Below are positions 57,102-64,000 of a DNA stretch of 64,000 nt, piece by piece (position 1 is the stretch's first letter; each line of letters begins with the position of its first letter). Both the position numbers and the translations under genes were made by a program. The stretch is from the IMG/VR virus record IMGVR_UViG_3300046513_000221, positions 199,414 to 263,413 of that record. The stretch is one strand, 5' to 3'. The notes under the pieces are model-generated. The model did no database searches, had not been told where the DNA came from, and was given only the letters and a program-made list of their open reading frames with translations.

Positions 57102-58193
57102 ATGATCAAAAAAACTCTGCAAGGCTTCATCGATGAAGCTGCATCGAAATTCTACCTGAACGAGCATACCTCGCCGTATGCTTACGTGAAACTGGGCGAC
57201 CGCGAGCGTCAGGAGGTTCTGGCCTCCGTGACCCTGCACGAGTACGCCCTGTTCTCGGAGAGCGGCGAATCGACCTCGATCGCCATGAACGAAGCCATCT
57301 CCCATGCCAAGGACTCCTCGCAGTTCAAGGCAGCGAACTCGTTCAATTCGGTCTACTTCGACAAGGTGCGCGCCTCGGGTGGTGACATCACCAAGACCCC
57401 GAACTTCGCCAACTGCCAAGTGCTGGCTAAGTACTCGCGTGCTGAGTCGAAGGACAAGGTATTCATCGACAAGATGGATACGCTGGCCGATGCACTGACC
57501 AACATGGTCAAGTACAAGTCGCAGTTCGTCGAGGCCGTGAAGCGCGAGAAGGAAGAGATCTCCGACGAGTCGAAGCGCGTCGTCACCCAGTACTACATCA
57601 ACCTCGTCATGATGATCGACATCGGCGTGGATGTCCTGTACTCGTCGTCGGCTCAGGCAGAGATCGATTACAGTTCGACCCCGGCGATCGTGAAGCGCAT
57701 GTACTTCGTTGCACAGCCGGAGACTCTGGCTGACACGATCGGCATGATCCATTACTTCAACTCGCTGGCCGTGTCCGGCAAGCTGTCGAAGGTGCTGACC
57801 AAGAACGGCGCTGCCGAGCTGGCAGTCGCATCGGGTCGCATCCTGAAAGAGAACTTCCTCGATCTGGCCTTCGCTCTGGCGACCGGTAATGACTGGACCG
57901 AGCTGCTGCTGTTCCCGCTGTACATGATCCGCAGCGCGATCTACTTCGTCAAGTACATCACCGCCCTGTACGGCAAGATGACCTTCGGTCTGCAGCGCAG
58001 CATCGATATGCAGCGTGCCACCAAGGTCACCGAGTCCGAGTTCCAATCGTACTCGTCCGAAGCCTCCAAAAAGGCTCTGATGTTCGATCAGGCGGTTCGT
58101 CAGGCATCTTCGGATACCGAGCACGAGTTCGCCGATAACCGTGCCCAAATCAAGGGCATGGCTGCAGCCGGTGACGGCGGCATGCTCATGTAA
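57102..58193 (+). CDS. Virion (head) structural protein
   Basis: Late operon; LNE/LHE/MNE/LKE sites. Confidence 0.6.
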   Translation: MIKKTLQGFIDEAASKFYLNEHTSPYAYVKLGDRERQEVLASVTLHEYALFSESGESTSIAMNEAISHAKDSSQFKAANSFNSVYFDKVRASGGDITKTPNFANCQVLAKYSRAESKDKVFIDKMDTLADALTNMVKYKSQFVEAVKREKEEISDESKRVVTQYYINLVMMIDIGVDVLYSSSAQAEIDYSSTPAIVKRMYFVAQPETLADTIGMIHYFNSLAVSGKLSKVLTKNGAAELAVASGRILKENFLDLAFALATGNDWTELLLFPLYMIRSAIYFVKYITALYGKMTFGLQRSIDMQRATKVTESEFQSYSSEASKKALMFDQAVRQASSDTEHEFADNRAQIKGMAAAGDGGMLM

Positions 58194-58203
58194 TGTAGAA
58201 CTG

Positions 58204-58791
58204 ATGCGAATCGTCTATATTCACGGTGCGATCGCCTCCGGGCGCTCCTTCAATTACCTGCGTAAATGCGAGGAGCGCCCGGACGACATCCTGTTGGAGT
58301 ACAACAGCGTCCAAGGCTTTCGAAACAACCTCCGAGAAATGATCTTGAAACTGAAGGACATCGAAGATGATATCCTGATAGTTGCACACTCACTCGGAGG
58401 GGTTTACGCTCTGCATCTGGCTACTGCCTTCCCTAATAAGGTTAAAGGCGGCGTGACCATGAGCACACCGTACGGTGGCTCCAAACAGGCGGATGCCCTG
58501 AAGTGGTTCCCGCCATTCAGTGGTAGTCAATTACTGAAGGACATCAGTCCGGAGGGAGCTCCAATCCTCGCTTCAGCGAAGATCAAGCTAGACATACCGT
58601 GGGTGAACCTCGTAACCATTCGGGGTGGCACCTACTGGATTCCAGAACCAAACGACGGCGTCGTTACTCTGAAGTCCATGAAGCATCGTGACGACATGCA
58701 GTTCGTGGAGGTCTTAGCTGACCACTTCGAGATCACGCAGAGTCCCGAGTCGGCGCAAGCCGTCAAAGAAATGATATCCCGCCTCTCCTAA
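58204..58791 (+). CDS. Alpha/beta hydrolase (lipase/esterase-like)
   Basis: IHG, AHSLGG nucleophile elbow, TPYGGS, NDGVV, DH. Confidence 0.85.
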   Translation: MRIVYIHGAIASGRSFNYLRKCEERPDDILLEYNSVQGFRNNLREMILKLKDIEDDILIVAHSLGGVYALHLATAFPNKVKGGVTMSTPYGGSKQADALKWFPPFSGSQLLKDISPEGAPILASAKIKLDIPWVNLVTIRGGTYWIPEPNDGVVTLKSMKHRDDMQFVEVLADHFEITQSPESAQAVKEMISRLS

Positions 58792-58861
58792 GAGGGGATG
58801 AAGGCACCCTAATCGAATGGGTGCTCGCCTTCCCTCCCGCGATGGTTCACTCCGTCGTCAG

Positions 58862-58873
58862 AACATTAGAGTA
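58862..58873 (+). promoter_or_regulatory. Late promoter AACA-N6-TA
   Basis: AACA ttagag TA. Confidence 0.65.
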
Positions 58874-58936
58874 GAGTAGGTAGTAATCTCACCCGTTAAC
58901 TAACGTTAGCACTTTAATTCATTTGAGGACACAAAC

Positions 58937-59659
58937 ATGGCACTCTTCCTGCAAGAATCCCACACCCCGGCCCCTAAGGCTGACACCACCTTCGGCCTGA
59001 TGAACGCGCTGTGCGAGTTCCACGTCGAGCAAAGCAACATGACCGAAGCCATGCTGCGCGCTGACTTCGTCATCCACGAGCAGACCCGCGTTCTGCGCGA
59101 AGCTGCCGACGAAGCCGGTGCCAAGGCCAAAGAAGACGGTCTGGCGACCAAAGCATGGGGCATGGTCAAGTCCGGTCTGAAAAAGGCCAAGGAACTGATC
59201 ATCCGCATCTACAACTGGATCAAGGCCAAGCTGGCTGCGTTCTGGGAAAAAGTCAAGACCGCCTACAAGGGCGCGAAGACCTTCGTCATCTCGAAAGCCA
59301 AGCTGGCCAAGGCTCACGCCCTGCTGCTGCTGGCCAAGGCCCGTCGCAAGCTGGCCGAAGTCCTGCTGGCTGGCGCTGGCAAAGTTGACGTGGCTCAGGC
59401 CGAAGTCGACAAAGCCAAGGCAGCTGTTGAAGCCGCTGGCAAAGAAACCGGCGACGCCAACGCTCCAGCCTCCGAACTGGAAGGCATCACCGCTGGCGCT
59501 TCGGAAGAAGCCAAAGCCGCTGGCGATGCAGTTCCTGAAGGCGGTTCGGGCAACCCTGCCGACGCTCAAAAAGCTGGTAACGAGAGCGTTCAAGCCGCTC
59601 AAGCTGCCCAGCAAGCAATGGGCGCTGTGCTGGGTGCTACCGGCACTGCTGCAGCCTAA
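58937..59659 (+). CDS. Internal head protein, MALFLQ family
   Basis: MALFLQES; paralog of the next gene; Trp/Lys amphipathic helix. Confidence 0.65.
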   Translation: MALFLQESHTPAPKADTTFGLMNALCEFHVEQSNMTEAMLRADFVIHEQTRVLREAADEAGAKAKEDGLATKAWGMVKSGLKKAKELIIRIYNWIKAKLAAFWEKVKTAYKGAKTFVISKAKLAKAHALLLLAKARRKLAEVLLAGAGKVDVAQAEVDKAKAAVEAAGKETGDANAPASELEGITAGASEEAKAAGDAVPEGGSGNPADAQKAGNESVQAAQAAQQAMGAVLGATGTAAA

Positions 59660-59662
59660 ATA

Positions 59663-59704
59663 AAAGTGCGCAAGTCTGGTTAACTCCGGGCTTGCGCCTT
59701 TTTT
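59663..59704 (+). terminator. Intrinsic terminator
   Basis: GCGCAAG/CTTGCGC hairpin + T6. Confidence 0.65.
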
Positions 59705-59732
59705 ACCTAATCAAATAGAAAGAAGAAACGAT

Positions 59733-60470
59733 ATGGCACTGTTTCTGCAAGAGAGCTCGCAAGAGACCATAGTAACCCCAAGCTCCGATACCTTCGTGGA
59801 CATCATGAACGCTATCTGCGAGACCATGGTGGAACAAGGCGCGGTCATGGAGCGGATGCTGCGTGAGGACTTCGTCGTCCACGAGCAATCCCGTACCCTG
59901 AACGAGGCCGAACAGGTCGAGAAGAAGGAAGGTCTGCTGTCCTCCGCCTGGAAAGCTCTGAAGGAGTTCCTCCAGAAGATCAAGGATCTGATCGGTCGCG
60001 TCTGGGGCTGGGTCAAGTCCAAGATCGCCGCCTTCTGGGAGTGGGTCAAGAAGAAGTACCGCGATGTCAAGTACTTCCTGATCTCCAAGTACATGATCTG
60101 GCGCACCAAGCGCATCATGATCAAGCTGGGCATGGCTAAGGAAGCCGCAACTCTGGTCGCCAAGGGCAGCGTGACCATGGGTCTGGCTATCCATCGCAAG
60201 TTCGAAGAAGAAGGCCGCGACATCTCCGAGGTCAGCCACGAGGAGATGGCCAAGATCGCCATCGGTGAGCTGGAGCCGATGCTGGCCGATCTGGGCAAGG
60301 CTATGGGTGCTTCCCAAGAAGAGATCGAGCAACTTCGCTCCATGAGCGAGGGTGTTAAAGGTGCTGATCCAGCCGCCGTTCACAAGGTGGCGTCGATGTT
60401 CACCAGCATCTCCTCGGAGGTATCCGCAGTGACCTCCGGCCTGACCAAGGCCAAGCCTGTGGAAGCGTAA
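59733..60470 (+). CDS. Internal head protein, MALFLQ family
   Basis: Shares DTF..MNA.CE..VEQ..M.E.MLR.DFV.HEQ and W.K.K.AAFWE with 58937. Confidence 0.65.
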   Translation: MALFLQESSQETIVTPSSDTFVDIMNAICETMVEQGAVMERMLREDFVVHEQSRTLNEAEQVEKKEGLLSSAWKALKEFLQKIKDLIGRVWGWVKSKIAAFWEWVKKKYRDVKYFLISKYMIWRTKRIMIKLGMAKEAATLVAKGSVTMGLAIHRKFEEEGRDISEVSHEEMAKIAIGELEPMLADLGKAMGASQEEIEQLRSMSEGVKGADPAAVHKVASMFTSISSEVSAVTSGLTKAKPVEA

Positions 60471-60477
60471 CAAGAAA

Positions 60478-60514
60478 TTCCCCTATACCCCGCAAAGGGT
60501 ATAGGGGTTTCTTT
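60478..60514. terminator. Bidirectional terminator
   Basis: CCCCTATACCC/GGGTATAGGGG hairpin. Confidence 0.75.
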
Positions 60515-63189
60515 TAGCGGATCTTCGTCATGAAGTCCGCGAACTTGGCCTGATCGGGACTCGTAAAGAAGTCCTTCTCGGCCCGTACGTAGTTGCCGGA
60601 GAGCGAGTTGTTGATGAGCAGGATCTGACGACGGTTCACGCCGTTGTAGTTCATGCCTACGTGGATCCAGCGCCACTCCTTGCCGTTGCCCTCCAGAATC
60701 ACCTGATCGAAGTCGAGGCCGGACTGAGTCGCGATCCAGTGGAACGGCTCGCACAGGGAATCCCCCAAGGCACTGGTGAGCGCCAAGTCAGCGGCCATGG
60801 CCCACATGTGGCTGGACTTCGCAGCGCCCCCGGTAGGGACGGTGTAGCGGTACCAGCTGTTCATCTTGCCGCCGCCCCCGATGCACTTGCCGTACTGCTG
60901 GAAGATCGGGTCAAGGAGCTTGGTGGCAAACTTCTGGGCGTAGCAGTACAGATCGAAGTCCTGACAGATGTAGTTACCGCGAACGGGATCGACCGAGTCC
61001 TTGGTCGTGTAGATGTCGAGGAACTTGACCGTGTCCGACATCATGTCGCTCGGCTTCAGCTCCTTGGGCACCACATCCCCGTTATAGTCGGTATTCCCTG
61101 CGAATTTCGGGAGATATGGTCCGCCCTTCTTCTCGACCTTCAGGAGTGGTGGCGACGCGGAAAGCTTACCGCTTCCCGACGTGTTTCCACCCGTCTTCCC
61201 CTTGTAGGCGGCGTAGTCCTCCCGCATCTGACGGACGCGCTCCGAGTAGGTCGGGCGCTTCATGGAGACACCGTTGACCGTGACGTTCGGGATGTTGGTC
61301 AGGTACAGGAAGCACTGGAGGCTCACGCCCTGCTTAGGCTGCATTGTACCCTCGCTCAGGAACCTGAACTGCATGCCCTTGAGCCTGTACTCACCCGAGT
61401 AGGCAGCATCGTCGTTGTTGAAGAACTTCAAGACGTACCGCATGTTGGAGTTCAGCATGTAGGCATCGACGTCGTTGCACTGGATCGCGATGCTCAGAGC
61501 CTTCTCCCTGATCTCGTCCTGCAGCTGGGTCAGGTTGTACGGGTTGTCGTTCGCGCCCCAGTACGTACGCTGGGGACTGTCCTCGTTCTCCGAGATGTCG
61601 CACTCCGAGCTGAACGAGTCGTCCTGAGACGATCCCATCACACGGACGGACTCACCGTCCAGAATGCGAGCGCTGTTCCGCTTGTCGATCTGGTAGGCCT
61701 CCTGCGTCCGCACCAGACACAGACGACTCTCCTTGTCGACGAACGACCCGGACTCGTACTCACCGACGTTCACCCGAGAGACCTTGTCCACGACCTCGAT
61801 CAAGACCTGCTCGATCCCTCCCTTGCCGAAGGCGTGACCGCCCTTGTCCGATACAGTTACTAACGTGACCATGGAGGAAGTCTTGGACGACTCGTCGTAG
61901 ACCTCCCCGACCGACGACATCATCATGCGGATGCCGGTGGAGTAGACGCCGTACTTCTCCTGAAGCTGGCGGATGTTGTCGGCGAGTGAGCCGGGATCTA
62001 GGATCACCTGCTCGTACTCCCTGATATTGTCCGGAGGGGTCACGGTGAACGTGACCCTCTCCCGGTCAGACACCTCCTGCTTGATCTGCTCGTTGACCGC
62101 ATCCGTGAGGAGGGATGTTATGACGTCGAGCATGGTGGCGTTCCTGTACACCTTGCTTCGGACTTTGGAGTTGATGTCAACGTTCCTTTTAGACACTAGG
62201 TCGAGTTTTAGAGGGTGGGAAGGCAAACCAGCCAGCGGCGAACCCTCTGCGGCTCCGTCAGTGTTGAGCAGTGGGTCGAGCGCCACCATCTCAGTGTTGT
62301 CCAGCACCTTCATGCGGACGATGTGGTCGTCCGGGTCTCCGTGTCCCCTCACGTACTTGTCCACGCTCATGTAGAAGCGGAGGGTCTCGAAGTGGTCCTT
62401 GAAGTCGCGGTAGGTGAGCTCGTTGACCGTCAGCATCATACTGTAGAGCGGCATCACGAGGGCGTCGTACTCCATATTCTGCACGAACTCGTTGATGTAC
62501 TTGGTCAGATCGACCGACACGTTGTCGGGACGGACGTAGTAGAGGCTGAAGTCGTACACCCACTGCTGCATGGTCCGGGCCGGTACCGTGGGGTTCTTGT
62601 CCACCTTGTCTGGTTCGGGTTCGACCAGGACCGGCTTGGATGGCGTTATGGTCTCGGCCACCGTGGGGGTGTCGAGGATCTCCTGCTTGCACTTCTTGAC
62701 CTTGGGGATGATGTTGTCCTTCAGCTCCCGGACGTACTCCCTGAGAACCTCCCCGAGCATGGACGGGTCGTCGCCCAGCACGTTGTCGTACTGCGAGAGG
62801 TCTTGGATGAGGGTGTCGGCGGGGTCGAGGATGCGGGACATCGTGGTCCGGATGCTGGCCCAGAGCTGGATGGTACTCATGGCCTTGGACCTGATCTTCG
62901 CCTTCATGCCGGTGTCCATGCCACCGAGGTTGTAGGTGTTGTCCTGGATCTGTGCGGCCTCCGCCATGTTCTTCGAGTAGACGTAGGTGGTGTCCGCGTA
63001 CTTCTCCCGGAGCTTGCCTAGGTCGGCGAAGACCCTGTTGAGGCGCTGGCTGTCGTCGAACGCCTTGCCGGAGGTCGGGGCGATGGACGACGATGGCTGG
63101 TCGCTGCGGTCCCCCGGAACGGACGAGCCGTCCTCGGTCAGGGACACGTTGAGGAAGACGAACTCGTCCCTTATCGTTCTTTGAGTCAT
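60514..63189 (-). CDS. Tail/baseplate hub protein with C-terminal peptidase M15 (peptidoglycan endopeptidase)
   Basis: NSWYR, SSHMWAMAAD, FDQVILE, WIHV; AGGAG RBS before ATG 63189. Confidence 0.75.
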   Translation of the reverse strand: MTQRTIRDEFVFLNVSLTEDGSSVPGDRSDQPSSSIAPTSGKAFDDSQRLNRVFADLGKLREKYADTTYVYSKNMAEAAQIQDNTYNLGGMDTGMKAKIRSKAMSTIQLWASIRTTMSRILDPADTLIQDLSQYDNVLGDDPSMLGEVLREYVRELKDNIIPKVKKCKQEILDTPTVAETITPSKPVLVEPEPDKVDKNPTVPARTMQQWVYDFSLYYVRPDNVSVDLTKYINEFVQNMEYDALVMPLYSMMLTVNELTYRDFKDHFETLRFYMSVDKYVRGHGDPDDHIVRMKVLDNTEMVALDPLLNTDGAAEGSPLAGLPSHPLKLDLVSKRNVDINSKVRSKVYRNATMLDVITSLLTDAVNEQIKQEVSDRERVTFTVTPPDNIREYEQVILDPGSLADNIRQLQEKYGVYSTGIRMMMSSVGEVYDESSKTSSMVTLVTVSDKGGHAFGKGGIEQVLIEVVDKVSRVNVGEYESGSFVDKESRLCLVRTQEAYQIDKRNSARILDGESVRVMGSSQDDSFSSECDISENEDSPQRTYWGANDNPYNLTQLQDEIREKALSIAIQCNDVDAYMLNSNMRYVLKFFNNDDAAYSGEYRLKGMQFRFLSEGTMQPKQGVSLQCFLYLTNIPNVTVNGVSMKRPTYSERVRQMREDYAAYKGKTGGNTSGSGKLSASPPLLKVEKKGGPYLPKFAGNTDYNGDVVPKELKPSDMMSDTVKFLDIYTTKDSVDPVRGNYICQDFDLYCYAQKFATKLLDPIFQQYGKCIGGGGKMNSWYRYTVPTGGAAKSSHMWAMAADLALTSALGDSLCEPFHWIATQSGLDFDQVILEGNGKEWRWIHVGMNYNGVNRRQILLINNSLSGNYVRAEKDFFTSPDQAKFADFMTKIR

Positions 63190-63258
63190 GTGTTGCTCCT
63201 GATGTTTCACTAAATATAGGTTTGCCAGAGACCTGCACCCACGACCGGACAGTCCAAT

Positions 63259-63303
63259 GAAAAAAAAAAGAAGTCCCACAGCCCCGTGGAGGGCTATGGG
63301 TTC
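63259..63303 (-). terminator. Terminator, hairpin + T10
   Basis: CCCACAGCCC/GGGCTATGGG hairpin with A10. Confidence 0.7.
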
Positions 63304-63317
63304 TCGACTCGTAGTGC

Positions 63318-63614
63318 TCATTCATGAGGCCTGTATGTGTTGACTCCATCGACGCAGCGCGGTCGATGATTGTTTAGAGGTCTCTGGTGGATACCTACTT
63401 CCACCCTTGTCAGGACCAGAGGGGAGCAGCGCCCGTCGTCCTTGTAGCAGTACGTGTGTCCGTCATCCAGATCGTCGACGACGTCCGGGATGCGAGTGTA
63501 GAAGGAGCCACGGTGGAGGCCGTCGCTACCGATGCATACAACGAAGAAGGCCGCGTTACTCGGCGCTCCCTTCCAGAGCGCCTTGGTACAGTCACACTCG
63601 ATACTGCTCAACAT
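63318..63614 (-). CDS. Small hypothetical (early) protein
   Basis: AGGAG RBS; early-type ATATAT core at 63668-63683. Confidence 0.5.
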   Translation of the reverse strand: MLSSIECDCTKALWKGAPSNAAFFVVCIGSDGLHRGSFYTRIPDVVDDLDDGHTYCYKDDGRCSPLVLTRVEVGIHQRPLNNHRPRCVDGVNTYRPHE

Positions 63615-63818
63615 CTCTGATTCTCCTAAGAAAGTAATTGATGAGTCGGGATGATACCTACATCCTCATAATATTTATATATGGGTGACCCGGTTACAGA
63701 TACGCCCCGGATCACAGGAAAAAAAAAAAGATCCGGGAACCTCTAGGGAGGCTCACCGGATCCAAAAGCCACCGGGAGACGTGTAGGGATATTCCCACGC
63801 GGTGGCGTCCAAAACTTG

Positions 63819-64000
63819 TTAGACCAGCACGATCAATACGTCGTCTTCGGTCTTGTCCGCTACCTTGCTCTCAAGGTACGGCTGGATGTAGGTCTCGTGC
63901 AGGAAGGCGTTCACGCGCTCCGGCATCTCGCGGGTGGTGACCCAGTTACGGATCTCCTCGCGTTGAAGGTCCATGTCGAACTCCTGACCGACGCCGGGAA
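63819..64000 (-). CDS. 3' end of a hypothetical gene starting beyond the window
   Basis: Open frame ...GVGQEFDMDLQ...DDVLIVLV* with typical codons; followed by hairpins and T11. Confidence 0.6.
   Translation of the reverse strand, partial: PGVGQEFDMDLQREEIRNWVTTREMPERVNAFLHETYIQPYLESKVADKTEDDVLIVLV

Noticed and set aside
63764-63812. GC-rich hairpin ending near CCA as a second tRNA-like element
   Set aside because: No cloverleaf or T loop; more likely a terminator or stability hairpin
1-64000. CRISPR array, IS/transposase, integrase, introns or inteins in RNAP/nrd/recA genes
   Set aside because: No spaced direct repeats or mobile-element motifs seen; these genes are of ordinary length and uninterrupted
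1-64000. Stop-codon reassignment
   Set aside because: Conserved genes are intact under code 11, and TAA, TAG and TGA all end genes

Overview
This 64 kb window is an internal segment of a GC-rich jumbo myophage genome of the AR9/PBS1/phiR1-37/phiKZ-related type. Its host is Gram-negative (spanin pair; Betaproteobacteria-like nrdAB). It encodes split beta/beta' subunits of two different multisubunit RNA polymerases, a probable promoter-specificity subunit, RecA/UvsX, primase, RNase H, a DHH phosphoesterase, a GroEL-like chaperonin, ribonucleotide reductase, baseplate/tail/head proteins (PAAR, M15 peptidase tail protein), an Acb2 anti-CBASS sponge and an MBD4-like mismatch glycosylase. Reading the intergenic DNA directly reveals four things. 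(1) About 15 correctly oriented AACA-N6-TA late promoters match the AR9 consensus, which in AR9 depends on uracil in the template strand. (2) A separate ATATAT-core early promoter class exists, and its units end in hairpin+T9-11 terminators. (3) A 76-nt tRNA-shaped RNA with alanine identity (G3-U70, A73, CCA) but a non-canonical anticodon arm lies directly behind acb2. (4) There is a candidate -1 frameshift in a tail-chaperone gene pair. All family assignments come from remembered motifs, not database searches.
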